Position numbers and translations under genes: made by a program
Virus record (IMG/VR): IMGVR_UViG_2935269657_000002
Coordinates: 6,046-70,045 of that record
DNA length: 64,000 nt
Strand: one strand, 5' to 3'
Source: a virus
Lineage: Duplodnaviria > Caudoviricetes
Notes under the pieces: model-generated
What the model saw: only the letters and a program-made list of their open reading frames with translations
Told to the model about the DNA's origin: nothing
The model's database searches: none
In this document: in pieces, positions 9,105 through 17,868 of the stretch
Numbering within the stretch: position 1 is the stretch's first letter
How the letters are laid out: every line of letters begins with the position of its first letter

Positions 9105-9872
9105 GTGATGGACCCCTACTGGCAAGACCCCGACGCTGGGCTTGCCCTGTACGTCGGCGACATGCGGGAAGTCCTGCCCGCGCTCGGCGTCACCGCGGAC
9201 CTGATCGTCACTGACCCGCCGTACCAGTCCACCACCCTCGCCTGGGACCGATGGCCGGAAGCCTGGCCCGTCCTCGCCGCCACCGTCTCGTCGTCAATGT
9301 GGTGCTTCGGATCGATGCGCATGCTCCTCGACCGCGCCCACGAGTTCGCCGACTGGAAGCTTTCCCAGGACGTGGTCTGGGAGAAGAGCAACGGCTCCGG
9401 ATTTGCTCGTGATCGGTTCCGTCGTGTCCACGAGCATGTCACCCACTGGTACCGGGGCGATTGGCGGAGCATCCATCACGAGACCCCGCGGACCGCCTAC
9501 AGCGGACCCGACAAGTCGGCCCGGGGGAGCGCTGATCGGGCCGCGCACACCGGCACAGTCGGGGCCCACGCCTACGTCGACGACGGCACTCGACTCGCCC
9601 GCTCCGTCATCCAGGCCGGAGCTGTCCGATACCAGCGGCGACACCCGACCGAGAAGCCCGTCGCCTTGCTGGAGCTGCTGATCCGGTACGGGTGCCCGCC
9701 GGGTGGCCTGGTCGTCGATCCGTTCGCGGGCTCGGGCAGCACCCTCGATGCCGCCCGCCGGCTCGGCCTCCGCGCCATCGGGATCGAACGGGATGAGGGG
9801 CACGCCGAGAAGGCCGCAGAACGTCTCGACGTGCCCTACGGCGTCGACCTGTTCGGCGAGATCCCCGCGTGA
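9105..9872 (+). CDS. DNA N6-adenine/N4-cytosine methyltransferase (beta class)
   Basis: DPPY motif before HPTEKP and DPFAGSGS; no partner restriction endonuclease seen. Confidence 0.93.
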   Translation: MMDPYWQDPDAGLALYVGDMREVLPALGVTADLIVTDPPYQSTTLAWDRWPEAWPVLAATVSSSMWCFGSMRMLLDRAHEFADWKLSQDVVWEKSNGSGFARDRFRRVHEHVTHWYRGDWRSIHHETPRTAYSGPDKSARGSADRAAHTGTVGAHAYVDDGTRLARSVIQAGAVRYQRRHPTEKPVALLELLIRYGCPPGGLVVDPFAGSGSTLDAARRLGLRAIGIERDEGHAEKAAERLDVPYGVDLFGEIPA

Positions 9873-9923
9873 CCATCCCACCCCGACCTTGATCCACCCC
9901 AACTCGACTGAAAGGGAACCCCG

Positions 9924-10382
9924 ATGACCCCGACCCGCACCAACACCCCCGACCGCCAGACCGTCAACGACGAAGGCCGCACGGTCACGACCATCACGAC
10001 CAAGCGCGCCTGCAACGGCTGCGGCGACCTCCTTGGCGACATCATCACCGGCGAGATGAACGCGGCCATCGACGGACGCCCGCTGCCCGATGTGCGCGGC
10101 GAGTGCCCGAACTGCAAGCCGGTTGTGGACCTGGAAGCGGCGGGCTGCAAGGCGTGGCGGCTCACCCCGCGGAACATCGCGGGCATCGACCACGAGATCG
10201 ACCGCTACGACACGTTCGCCAAGCAGTTCACCGAGACCGACGACGACGGGCACGTAGTCACGATCGGCCTGCGCATCGGCGAGCGCCCCAACCACGTCGT
10301 CGCCCTGTTCGGCGACTGGATCATCCGGCGCCCCGACGGGACGTGGGCTGTGCACACCGCACCCGAGGCGGTGCAGTCGTGA
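9924..10382 (+). CDS. Hypothetical protein
   Basis: RBS AAAGGG; CNGC..CPNC motif. Confidence 0.75.
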   Translation: MTPTRTNTPDRQTVNDEGRTVTTITTKRACNGCGDLLGDIITGEMNAAIDGRPLPDVRGECPNCKPVVDLEAAGCKAWRLTPRNIAGIDHEIDRYDTFAKQFTETDDDGHVVTIGLRIGERPNHVVALFGDWIIRRPDGTWAVHTAPEAVQS

Positions 10383-10552
10383 CCACCCAACCCGCCGCCG
10401 ACGAGGTCCGCCAGCTCCTCGTGCACCCGTCGGTGTGGCCGCACCTAGAACTGTGGCTCGCCTCGCACGGGATCACCGTCTCGGCGCAGCAGTTCCCCGG
10501 CGACGAACTGCCGACCTACGTGATGACCATTCAGCCGAGCCCCACCCCGTGA
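10379..10552 (+). CDS. Hypothetical protein
   Basis: GTGA coupling. Confidence 0.6.
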   Translation: MTTQPAADEVRQLLVHPSVWPHLELWLASHGITVSAQQFPGDELPTYVMTIQPSPTP

Positions 10553-10581
10553 TCCACAACCCGACCCGAAGGAGCAGCACG

Positions 10582-11088
10582 ATGACCGACCTCTACGACC
10601 ACGAGCCGAAGCAGTTCTACTGGGACGCCGCCACCGAGCACTGCCCGCACAAGCCGATCCCCGAGCGGCACACCGATGCCTGGGACGAGTGGATGACGCT
10701 CGGCCACCAGCCCCACGACGACGGCGTGCTGTGCCTTTCGGCCCCCGCCGGAATCTGCTGCCCCGCCTGCTCTGCCGAGGGCTTCGACGCCGTGCCGTGG
10801 TCCCACTGCGTCAACCGCCAGCACTCCCGCGCCTGGCAGCCCGCCGAGCCCCGCCAGCACCGGCCGGTAACGGTCGACGTCGCCGGGCTGGAGTGCCTGG
10901 AGCGCGAGTGCGACGAGTACTTCACGGACGACGGCGACGAGATCCCCGGCAAGGACGCCTGCTCGCACGTGCGGCAGCTGGAGATCTGCGAGGGCTGCTC
11001 GGATGTGCCGACGGCCAGCAACGAGTACCCGGCCGTCGTCGCATGGACCGACTGCGGGCGCGCCAAGACCGAGGCGGTGCAGTCGTGA
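10582..11088 (+). CDS. Cys-rich hypothetical protein with two similar halves
   Basis: AAGGAG RBS; CPAC..VPWSHC and CEGC..VAWTDC. Confidence 0.7.
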   Translation: MTDLYDHEPKQFYWDAATEHCPHKPIPERHTDAWDEWMTLGHQPHDDGVLCLSAPAGICCPACSAEGFDAVPWSHCVNRQHSRAWQPAEPRQHRPVTVDVAGLECLERECDEYFTDDGDEIPGKDACSHVRQLEICEGCSDVPTASNEYPAVVAWTDCGRAKTEAVQS

Positions 11089-11291
11089 CCGCCCACTCCC
11101 TCGGCACCGAGGTCTCCTGTGACGGCCCCGACACCGCACGCGCCTGCCCCGAGTCCGCCGCCATCCGCGCCCGCTTCACGTCGATGACGGCCGCCGCCGT
11201 TCGGAGGGACGGCAAGGCCGACGGCTGGGTGCGCCGCCGACGGGACGGACGGCTCGTCGACCTGTGCCCCGCCTGCAAGACCACCCCGTGA
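11085..11291 (+). CDS. Small zinc-binding protein
   Basis: SCDGP..C...GW...DLCPAC. Confidence 0.65.
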   Translation: MTAHSLGTEVSCDGPDTARACPESAAIRARFTSMTAAAVRRDGKADGWVRRRRDGRLVDLCPACKTTP

Positions 11292-11326
11292 CCGCACGCC
11301 CGTCCCGATACCACCAGGAGACCCAC

Positions 11327-11644
11327 ATGCCCACCGTCACCGTCACCGCCTCCGACGGCCCCGTCACCGTCGAGGCCGCCGAACCCGTACCCGGGCTGCG
11401 CCTCTACGAGCTGCCCGCCGAGCCGTCGCTCGCATACCGGTGGGTCCTCGCCCACCACGAAGGCCGCACCCTCGGCCTGTTCACGTCCGCCGACGGCGCG
11501 AGCGGTGCCGCTGCTGCGGTCGCGGCGATGGCGGACTGGACGCGGGGCGCGATGACCGTCGCCAACGAGATCTCGCTCGGCGGGAACGCCGAACGGCTCG
11601 GCTTCGCCCTGATCGCGCACGGCTGCGCGCCCACCTCCAAGTGA
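11327..11644 (+). CDS. Hypothetical protein
   Basis: AGGAG RBS. Confidence 0.7.
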   Translation: MPTVTVTASDGPVTVEAAEPVPGLRLYELPAEPSLAYRWVLAHHEGRTLGLFTSADGASGAAAAVAAMADWTRGAMTVANEISLGGNAERLGFALIAHGCAPTSK

Positions 11645-11661
11645 CCGAAGGGATCTTCGAC

Positions 11662-12102
11662 GTGACCGACCGCCCGTACACCGACGACGACCTCCGCCAC
11701 GAAGCCGCCCGCCAACACGCCCTGTCCACCGAGGACCCCGACTTCATGGGCATCGGCGAGCGCATGCAGGGCACCGAGATCGAAAGCCTCCTCCCGCCCG
11801 CCGACGCCAACGGAGCCGAGGGCATGCACTGGGACGACCTGCCGCGGGAGGACTTCGACGCGGCGCAGCGCAGCATCGACGACCTCCTGACCTCAGCGGC
11901 CGACGTGTCGGAGTGGGCGATCAACCTCGGCGCCGACGGCCTGGAGCCGTCCACCGAGCACGAGATCACCCTCAACGCCGGACGGCCCATCGCGCGCATC
12001 CACTTCGCGTTCGAGGGCGGCATGCCCGAGGAGATGCGCACCGCGCTCGTCGAGGGAATCGGTGACGCGCTCAACCAGGCGGGCGTCGACCAGGAGCAGT
12101 GA
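11662..12102 (+). CDS. Acidic hypothetical protein
   Basis: Coding-like codon bias. Confidence 0.7.
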   Translation: MTDRPYTDDDLRHEAARQHALSTEDPDFMGIGERMQGTEIESLLPPADANGAEGMHWDDLPREDFDAAQRSIDDLLTSAADVSEWAINLGADGLEPSTEHEITLNAGRPIARIHFAFEGGMPEEMRTALVEGIGDALNQAGVDQEQ

Positions 12103-12179
12103 TCACGCAGGACGGTCCGCCCCGCAGCAACCGGGGCGGACCGCACCCCCAGCACACCACACCGACCACGGAGACGACC

Positions 12180-12913
12180 ATGACCACCGACCCGCGTATC
12201 GCCGTCCTCGCCGCGATCTCCCGCCCCGACTGGCACCCCACCACGGCATCCCGTGCGCCTCGGAGGCGCACGGGATGCCGTGGGGTGAGGCTGAGGCGCT
12301 GCTCGCCGCCTACGACGCGTCACGTGCCGCCGCGCCGTCTGCGACCGCCGACACGATCGGCCTGTGCGGGTACTGCGGCGTCCCCCGCGAGACCCATCAC
12401 CACGGCTACGTCAGTACCGCCGCAACGCTTGCGGCCGCACCCCACCGGATCAGCTGCGAGCACGAGCGGCCGAGTGTCCGCGACACCATGGGCCCGGCCG
12501 ATGGCGGGCAGAAGATGCGGCTCCTCGACCGCCTGCACGCCAGCACGACGCCCGTGGAGGAGCCCGACGACCGGGACGTCCGCGACCGCATCGCCGACGT
12601 GCAGAGGATCGCCAAGCGTCTCGTCGCCCACGCCCGGGGATTCCAGGACGTACTCGACGAGCCCGATGGGGGCCCGTGGGCGAGTCTCGTCAGGGCCGAC
12701 ATCGACGAACTGGTCACGGCCCTCGCCGTTCTTCCCGCGCCCGCCGACCGGCCCGCCGTACTCGCCGAGGTCGAGCACGTGGTCCAGCAGGAGATCCACA
12801 ACTGCGGCTACCCGTTGAACGCAGGCTGCGACTTCTGCAACGGGGTGACCACCGTGCTGGAGAAGGTGCGCCGCCTGGCCGACGAGGCGCAGCAGGCGGG
12901 GGAGGGCCGATGA
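12180..12913 (+). pseudogene. Probable frameshifted hypothetical gene
   Basis: The RBS-preceded ATG at 12180 is in a different frame from the coding-like body; frame switch near 12235. Confidence 0.45.
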
Positions 12914-13017
12914 GCGTCCGCCCGTACCGGGTGCTCGTCACCGGAAGCCGCGCAGTGCGTCGGCGGGGGCGCCGCTCGCTCCTCGATGCCGTTTCCCGCA
13001 CGCACCGTCGTCCGTAG
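12910..13017 (+). pseudogene. Truncated SLOG/YspA-like gene remnant
   Basis: Begins MSVRPYRVLVTGSR (typical SLOG N-terminus), then runs into non-coding-like sequence. Confidence 0.55.
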
Positions 13018-13048
13018 ACGGCCTAACTCCCCGCCGAGGTCCCTTTTC
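13016..13048. repeat. Dispersed 33-34 bp repeat, copy 2
   Basis: AGACGGCCTAACTCCCCGCCGAGGTCCCTTTTC. Confidence 0.85.
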
Positions 13049-13115
13049 TAGCCCCCGACTCTTTCAGGCGCTCCTAGCCCAGATCCCTTCCCCTTCGCCC
13101 CGAGAGGACCCAGAG

Positions 13116-13382
13116 ATGCCCGACAAGCCCCCCTCGAACGCGATCGTTCACGGCGCCTGCGGCCGGTGGTGGACCGGCCTCGGCCGCGCCCACTGCCCGT
13201 CCTGCCACGTCACGTTCAGCTCCGACGCCGCCGCCAGCAAGCACCGCGTCGGCAAGTACGGCGTCGACCGCCGCTGCCTCCCGCCCGCCGAAGCCGGGCT
13301 TGAGCCCCGTGAGGCGCCGTGGGGGGCGTACTGGTCCGGCCCAGGCATCGAGGGCGACGCCTGGTTCAAGACCGCCGCCTGA
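13116..13382 (+). CDS. Putative zinc-binding protein (FDXHR-like)
   Basis: CGRWWTG..AHCPSCHVTFSS...KHR. Confidence 0.7.
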   Translation: MPDKPPSNAIVHGACGRWWTGLGRAHCPSCHVTFSSDAAASKHRVGKYGVDRRCLPPAEAGLEPREAPWGAYWSGPGIEGDAWFKTAA

Positions 13383-13457
13383 CCCATCGCAACACCGGCC
13401 GCCCCGAGCGGAATTCGGGGCGGCCGGCACCCACTAGTAGATCAACAGGAGGAACCC

Positions 13458-13544
13458 GTGTCGTACCCGCAGTTGCTCACCCCGGAAGAGAAGCTCGCCG
13501 ACGCGAAGGCCCGCCTCGTCTTCGCCGACGAGGCGGCGTCATGA
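13458..13544 (+). pseudogene. 28-codon ORF, possible deletion remnant
   Basis: Strong AGGAGG RBS but very short product. Confidence 0.4.
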
Positions 13545-13717
13545 CCGCCCCGATCCGCTGGACGCCCGACGAGCGCTCCGCGAAGATCCTCGCCGCGTTC
13601 ACCAGCCACCGCGAAACCCGCGACAGCGTCCTCCGGCGAGCGCTCGAACTCCTCGCCCAGGCCGACGGCATCGTCGACAGCCGCGGGCGGATCAAGACCA
13701 GCGGGAGGCGGACGTGA
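13541..13717 (+). CDS. Small hypothetical protein
   Basis: ATGA coupling. Confidence 0.6.
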   Translation: MTAPIRWTPDERSAKILAAFTSHRETRDSVLRRALELLAQADGIVDSRGRIKTSGRRT

Positions 13718-13950
13718 GACGCGCCCTGACCGCCCGGCAGCGGCAAGTCCTCGGACTCGTCGCCAACGGCAACACCAACCGGCAGATCGCCCGCTGGCTC
13801 GGCTGCGACCCGCGGACCGTATGCCGCCACCTCGCCGGCATCTACCGCACCCTCGGCGCCCAAGACCGCGCCCAAGCCGTCGCGCTCGGCCTGCGCTACG
13901 GCGACATCACCCAGGACGACATCCACGAACCCGCCCGGGAGGCGGCATGA
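13714..13950 (+). CDS. LuxR-type HTH regulator
   Basis: LTARQRQVLGLVANGNTNRQIARWLG...RAQAVALG. Confidence 0.88.
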   Translation: MRRALTARQRQVLGLVANGNTNRQIARWLGCDPRTVCRHLAGIYRTLGAQDRAQAVALGLRYGDITQDDIHEPAREAA

Positions 13951-14150
13951 GCAACGCTCCAACACCCCGCCAGACGGCCACAGAAAGCCCCCAGAGCGCC
14001 TCACGGCCTTCGAGCGGACCCGAGCAGCCTCCGGCGCCTCCAGGACGCTCTGAGGCGCCACAGAGCGACTCGGCCGCCCACGACGGGCCGAGCATCGCCC
14101 AAGCAGCCGCCAACGACCGCCGTTGGCCACTGGAGAAGCACGGCGAATAG
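13947..14150 (+). CDS. Small hypothetical protein
   Basis: ATGA coupling; C-terminal HDGPSIAQAAANDRRWPLE. Confidence 0.55.
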   Translation: MSNAPTPRQTATESPQSASRPSSGPEQPPAPPGRSEAPQSDSAAHDGPSIAQAAANDRRWPLEKHGE

Positions 14151-14192
14151 CCGCACCCCGAACTGCCCGCACCGCCAGCAAGGAGAACCGCC

Positions 14193-14465
14193 GTGCACGA
14201 CCTCGACGATGCGCCCCGCTGCACCAGCTGCCGCACCCTGCTCTACGCCGACGAGCTCGGCCGTCAGGCCTGCCGCCCCTGCACCCACCGAGCCGACGGA
14301 CACCTCGCCGCCCTCGCCGGACCGGACGGCCTGTACGCCCGCCTCAGCGGCACTGTCCACGGCGTCACGCTCGACACCGCCGGCGCCCGCCGCCCCGGTT
14401 ACAGAACCCGATACGGGCACACCGTGGCGCGCGGCCTGCCGCTCGCCGCGAGGAGCTCCGCGTGA
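14193..14465 (+). CDS. Zinc-ribbon protein, possibly internally deleted
   Basis: CTSC..CRPC; AAGGAG RBS. Confidence 0.55.
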   Translation: MHDLDDAPRCTSCRTLLYADELGRQACRPCTHRADGHLAALAGPDGLYARLSGTVHGVTLDTAGARRPGYRTRYGHTVARGLPLAARSSA

Positions 14466-15088
14466 CGTGCACTGCGAACGACGACGGGCGTCCCTGCGCT
14501 CTAGCGGCGGTAATGACGAGACCTGTGGCCCTTTGCCGGTTCCATCAACTTGAGGTCTGTGCAGTCGTGATTCCGGAAATGCTCAGAAGACAGCTCAGTG
14601 CCGTGCAGGAAGCGCCGCTGCTGCCGGATGGAGACGCCCGCGAGCACCCTGCGTCCAGGCCCGTGGGTGTGGACGGCTTGATGCGTGGGGTTCATGCAAG
14701 CGTCGTCTACTTCATTGCTAACGGAAGTCGCGTGAAGATCGGATACACGACCAATCTGAAGAGCCGCCTCGCGTCGCTGGCTCTTCGCCGCGAAGATGTT
14801 CTGCTTGCCCTTGAAGGCGGGCCGGATTTGGAGCGGGCGCTGCATACGCACTTCGCCGCGGACCGGAACGGGAGCACTGAGTGGTTCGATCTGTCGCCAG
14901 AGATCTTCCGGTATGTCACGGCCAGCCATCCGCAGCAGTCAGTGGAAAGTCGGCAGGACGGGCGTGACGAGCTGTTGGCTCGCGCTCGGCGCGACTTCCC
15001 TGCGGGCGCTTCGGTAAGGGCCCTCAAGTCTCGGTACAGGATTGGGCAGGCGAAAGCACAGAACCTGCGCAAGGCTCTCGCTGCCTGA
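14462..15088 (+). CDS. GIY-YIG (T5orf172/Mug113-like) nuclease domain protein with C-terminal HTH
   Basis: VVYFI...VKIGYTTNLKSRL...ERALH..F...EWF; atypical codon usage. Confidence 0.82.
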   Translation: MTCTANDDGRPCALAAVMTRPVALCRFHQLEVCAVVIPEMLRRQLSAVQEAPLLPDGDAREHPASRPVGVDGLMRGVHASVVYFIANGSRVKIGYTTNLKSRLASLALRREDVLLALEGGPDLERALHTHFAADRNGSTEWFDLSPEIFRYVTASHPQQSVESRQDGRDELLARARRDFPAGASVRALKSRYRIGQAKAQNLRKALAA

Positions 15089-15104
15089 CCAGGAAGCCCA
15101 CCCG

Positions 15105-15263
15105 CTAACCCTCCCGCGACGGCACCCGGGCGGCGAGATTCGACAGCAGACAGAACGCCATCCGCTCGTCCACCTCGCCGCCGTCCACCACCGCGGCCAG
15201 CACGGCCAGCACATCCTGCGCCTCAGTGAGGGTCAGCACCGGCAGCAGCGTCTCGTCATCCAT
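15105..15263 (-). CDS. Small hypothetical protein (52 aa)
   Basis: MDDETLLPVLTLTEAQDVLAVLAAVV...; below the ORF-track size cutoff. Confidence 0.5.
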   Translation of the reverse strand: MDDETLLPVLTLTEAQDVLAVLAAVVDGGEVDERMAFCLLSNLAARVPSREG

Positions 15264-15309
15264 GGACTGGCAACGGCAGGGGAGAGGCCGGGGACACGGG
15301 GCGGGTTGG

Positions 15310-15981
15310 CTAGGCCTTCTCCGGCGCCCGGTAACGCTCGATGAACTTGTCCACCGTGGCCGGATCGCGGCGCATCGCTGCCATCAGCTGGTTCTTGCGG
15401 AACCGCTCGCGGCCGGCTTCCAGGAGCTTCTCGTAGCCGTCGCGGGCCTCGACGATGCGCTCCACGGCGAGGAACTCGATCACGTCCTCCAGGCACGGCC
15501 GGAACCGCTTCCCGCCCACCGGGAAATGCAGGGCGGCGAGAGACCGGCCCGGGTCGCACTTCGGGGCATTCAGCGTGCTGAAGAGCTGCGATGTGGCATC
15601 AACCTGCAGGTGGGCGTCCGGGTAACCGTCGGCCTTGTCCCGTTCGTAGTCGTAGTGGAACAAGCCGTGCTTGGCATCCTGGGAGCCGAACAGTCCGACG
15701 AACGACTTGTGGACCATGAGGTGCTCGCGTTCGGCGTCCAGGCGCATCTGGAAACTGACGTCCATCCACAGCTCGGCCTTCGGTGCCCGTGGCTTCAGCT
15801 GGAAGCGCCGGGCGGTCAGTGTTCGCTTGTCGAGCAGGTGTCCGAGCATGAAAAGGCGGTCGTCACCCACCTGGAGTGCGACCGCCTTTATCTGGACGTG
15901 ACGTGCGATCGTGCCGTTCAGGAGAGTCTGGATCTCCTTGGTGAAACCGATCGTCTGGTCACGCAGCTTGTCAGAGATCAA
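15310..15981 (-). CDS. Hypothetical protein, candidate toxin or defence effector
   Basis: LFHYDYE..YPDAHLQV..LHFPVGG.RFRPCLEDVIEFL; overlaps the small upstream gene. Confidence 0.75.
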   Translation of the reverse strand: MISDKLRDQTIGFTKEIQTLLNGTIARHVQIKAVALQVGDDRLFMLGHLLDKRTLTARRFQLKPRAPKAELWMDVSFQMRLDAEREHLMVHKSFVGLFGSQDAKHGLFHYDYERDKADGYPDAHLQVDATSQLFSTLNAPKCDPGRSLAALHFPVGGKRFRPCLEDVIEFLAVERIVEARDGYEKLLEAGRERFRKNQLMAAMRRDPATVDKFIERYRAPEKA

Positions 15982-16180
15982 GTGCGCCGCCGATGGACAC
16001 CCACAGGGACTGCGCCTGAGCCGAAGGGAAGTCGCGGCGGCGGGCCATGTCGCGCAGCTCCGCGTAGGTCAGACCGAGACGCTCCAGAGCCGCGTAGGCG
16101 GCCTCGCGGAACTCCTCCTGAGTGACCTCGGTGATGACGTCATCGTCGTGGTCGGCATGCCGTTGCTCCTGGATGGTCAT
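15971..16180 (-). CDS. Small acidic protein, candidate antitoxin
   Basis: 69 aa; 11-nt overlap with downstream gene. Confidence 0.7.
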   Translation of the reverse strand: MTIQEQRHADHDDDVITEVTQEEFREAAYAALERLGLTYAELRDMARRRDFPSAQAQSLWVSIGGALDL

Positions 16181-16431
16181 TCGAATCGCCCCTACCCCCC
16201 GGTAGCTTCTCGATGACAACAGTGTCCCCCAAGGGTCTGACACCCTCGCCCAGGCCACCCGCGGCTGTCCACCTGGCTGACACTCCTGACAGATACTTCC
16301 CCCTTTCGCGTCGCCCGCACCCGCCCACTTGCACGCCCCGACGGAACCAGACCGCCACACGTTCGAAAGCGAACACACCGCACCACAACGCCCCCGCCCG
16401 GTGCGTCCGGGCGGGGGCGCGGACGCGCGGG

Positions 16432-17232
16432 TCAAGCAGCAGGGCCCAGCGGCAGCTGAAGCGGGCCCTGCCCGCCCATCCGGCGATGCAGGTAGCGCAG
16501 GCCCTGAACCGTCACCCGCAGCTGCTTGGACAGGATCGCCTCGCCGGTGTGCGGGTGGGTGTACGACGTCGGCCGCTCGGCGAGGTGCGCGGAGTGCTTC
16601 GCGTAGGGCACCCCGCCCCGGTCGACCATCTCGAACTCGCGGATGGTGCGCAGCAGCCGATTCTGACCCGTCGAGATGCCACGATCCCGGTTGAGAATGT
16701 GCGCGGCGTCGCGCAGCGCGTAGTCACCCTCCGCAGAGGCGAGGCTGTCCCAGGCCTGCGCCGACGGCTCCAGCTCGCGGACCCGCGACTCCAGCTGCTT
16801 GTTCTCCCGCACCCTGCCGAGGAGGTGGACCAGCGCCTCCTCGTAGTCCTGGGGGAGGGCGGTCTGGTTACGCGACTCCGCCTCGCGAGTCTTCACCGCG
16901 AAGTATGTCTGCGCCGCGGCGATCTCGGGCTTGCGGGGATCGCCATTCATGGCGACGAGGTAGGCGGCATATCGAGAGATCAGCCAGTCGCGGGCGGGGC
17001 GTCCGCCCTGGCTGGAGGGGTTTTTCGCGGCTCCGCGAAAGTGCTCGGCTGTCTCGTAGCCGCTGTTCCGGCAGGCGATGGTCGCTCGCTGGATCACGTC
17101 ATCGAAGCGTTCCCATCGCTCGTAGCCCATGACGGGCTGGAGCTCGCGCGCCGACCAGTAGTGCATGCCCTCCGGGGAAACGCGGCGTAGGGCATCGAAG
17201 GGGGATCCGTCGTCAGGTGGGACGATGGCCAT
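16432..17232 (-). CDS. Phage antirepressor (Bro-N/DinD-like N-terminus plus ANT/KilAC C-terminus)
   Basis: WSARELQPVMGYERW, AMNGDPRKPEIAAAQTYFA, LPQDYEEAL, TGQNRL, RVTVQG. Confidence 0.9.
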   Translation of the reverse strand: MAIVPPDDGSPFDALRRVSPEGMHYWSARELQPVMGYERWERFDDVIQRATIACRNSGYETAEHFRGAAKNPSSQGGRPARDWLISRYAAYLVAMNGDPRKPEIAAAQTYFAVKTREAESRNQTALPQDYEEALVHLLGRVRENKQLESRVRELEPSAQAWDSLASAEGDYALRDAAHILNRDRGISTGQNRLLRTIREFEMVDRGGVPYAKHSAHLAERPTSYTHPHTGEAILSKQLRVTVQGLRYLHRRMGGQGPLQLPLGPAA

Positions 17233-17396
17233 GGTGACTCCAAGGTCTGTTGGGTTCAGGCAGGAGTGATCGACTGGGCCCGCCCTGGACCGGCAAGAAC
17301 AGGGCGGGCCTGCCGCGTCTCACGGTAGCCCAATCGGATGCAGAATGTGTCAACTTCCATCAACTAGATTGAGTGGAGGTGGGAAGATCTGCCATC

Positions 17397-17816
17397 ATGG
17401 TTGACATGGACGGCATCCCCGAGAAGACGCGACTCATCCGGCTTGGCGAGCTCATGCATCAGCGAAGGCTGGAGCTCGACCTGTCCAAATTCGCAGTCGC
17501 CAGTGCCGCCGGAATCTCGATCAACACCTACCGGCGTCTCGAAGAAGGGCAGCCCGTCCGCGACGTGACCTACGCCAAAGTTGAAAGCGTTCTGGGGTGG
17601 GCCGCCGGGTCAGCGCAGCGAATCCTCAACGGCACTGGCGGTGCGGTAGAAGTCCACAAGCCCGGTCGCGGCGTTGTGGTCGAAGTCCCCGAGGAGGAGC
17701 TGACTGACTCCGTGCAGCGCGCGGCTATCGCTGTCAGCGACGATCTGACTGCCGCCCAGATCCGGGACCTGTCACGCCGTGTGCTGGAAGACCTCAAGAA
17801 GCGCGGCATCCTGTGA
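17397..17816 (+). CDS. XRE-family HTH regulator (start uncertain: 17373, 17397 or 17406)
   Basis: RRLELDLSKFAVASAAGISINTYRRLEEG. Confidence 0.85.
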   Translation: MVDMDGIPEKTRLIRLGELMHQRRLELDLSKFAVASAAGISINTYRRLEEGQPVRDVTYAKVESVLGWAAGSAQRILNGTGGAVEVHKPGRGVVVEVPEEELTDSVQRAAIAVSDDLTAAQIRDLSRRVLEDLKKRGIL

Positions 17817-17819
17817 ACC

Positions 17820-17862
17820 CATGAAGAAGGCCCCGCCCGGATTGGGCGGGGCCTTCTTCATG
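17820..17862. terminator. Bidirectional terminator hairpin
   Basis: Perfect 19-bp stem CATGAAGAAGGCCCCGCCC with 5-nt loop between convergent genes. Confidence 0.85.
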
Positions 17863-17868
17863 CCGTGG

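Noticed and set aside
13022-13051. CTAAC...TTTTCTAG resembles a spliceosomal branch point and acceptor
   Set aside because: Bacterial phage context, and copy 1 lacks the AG; treated as coincidence
16351-16380. GTTCGA/GCGAAC as a possible SOS box upstream of the candidate TA pair
   Set aside because: Half-sites are not in the TCGAAC-N4-GTTCGA arrangement
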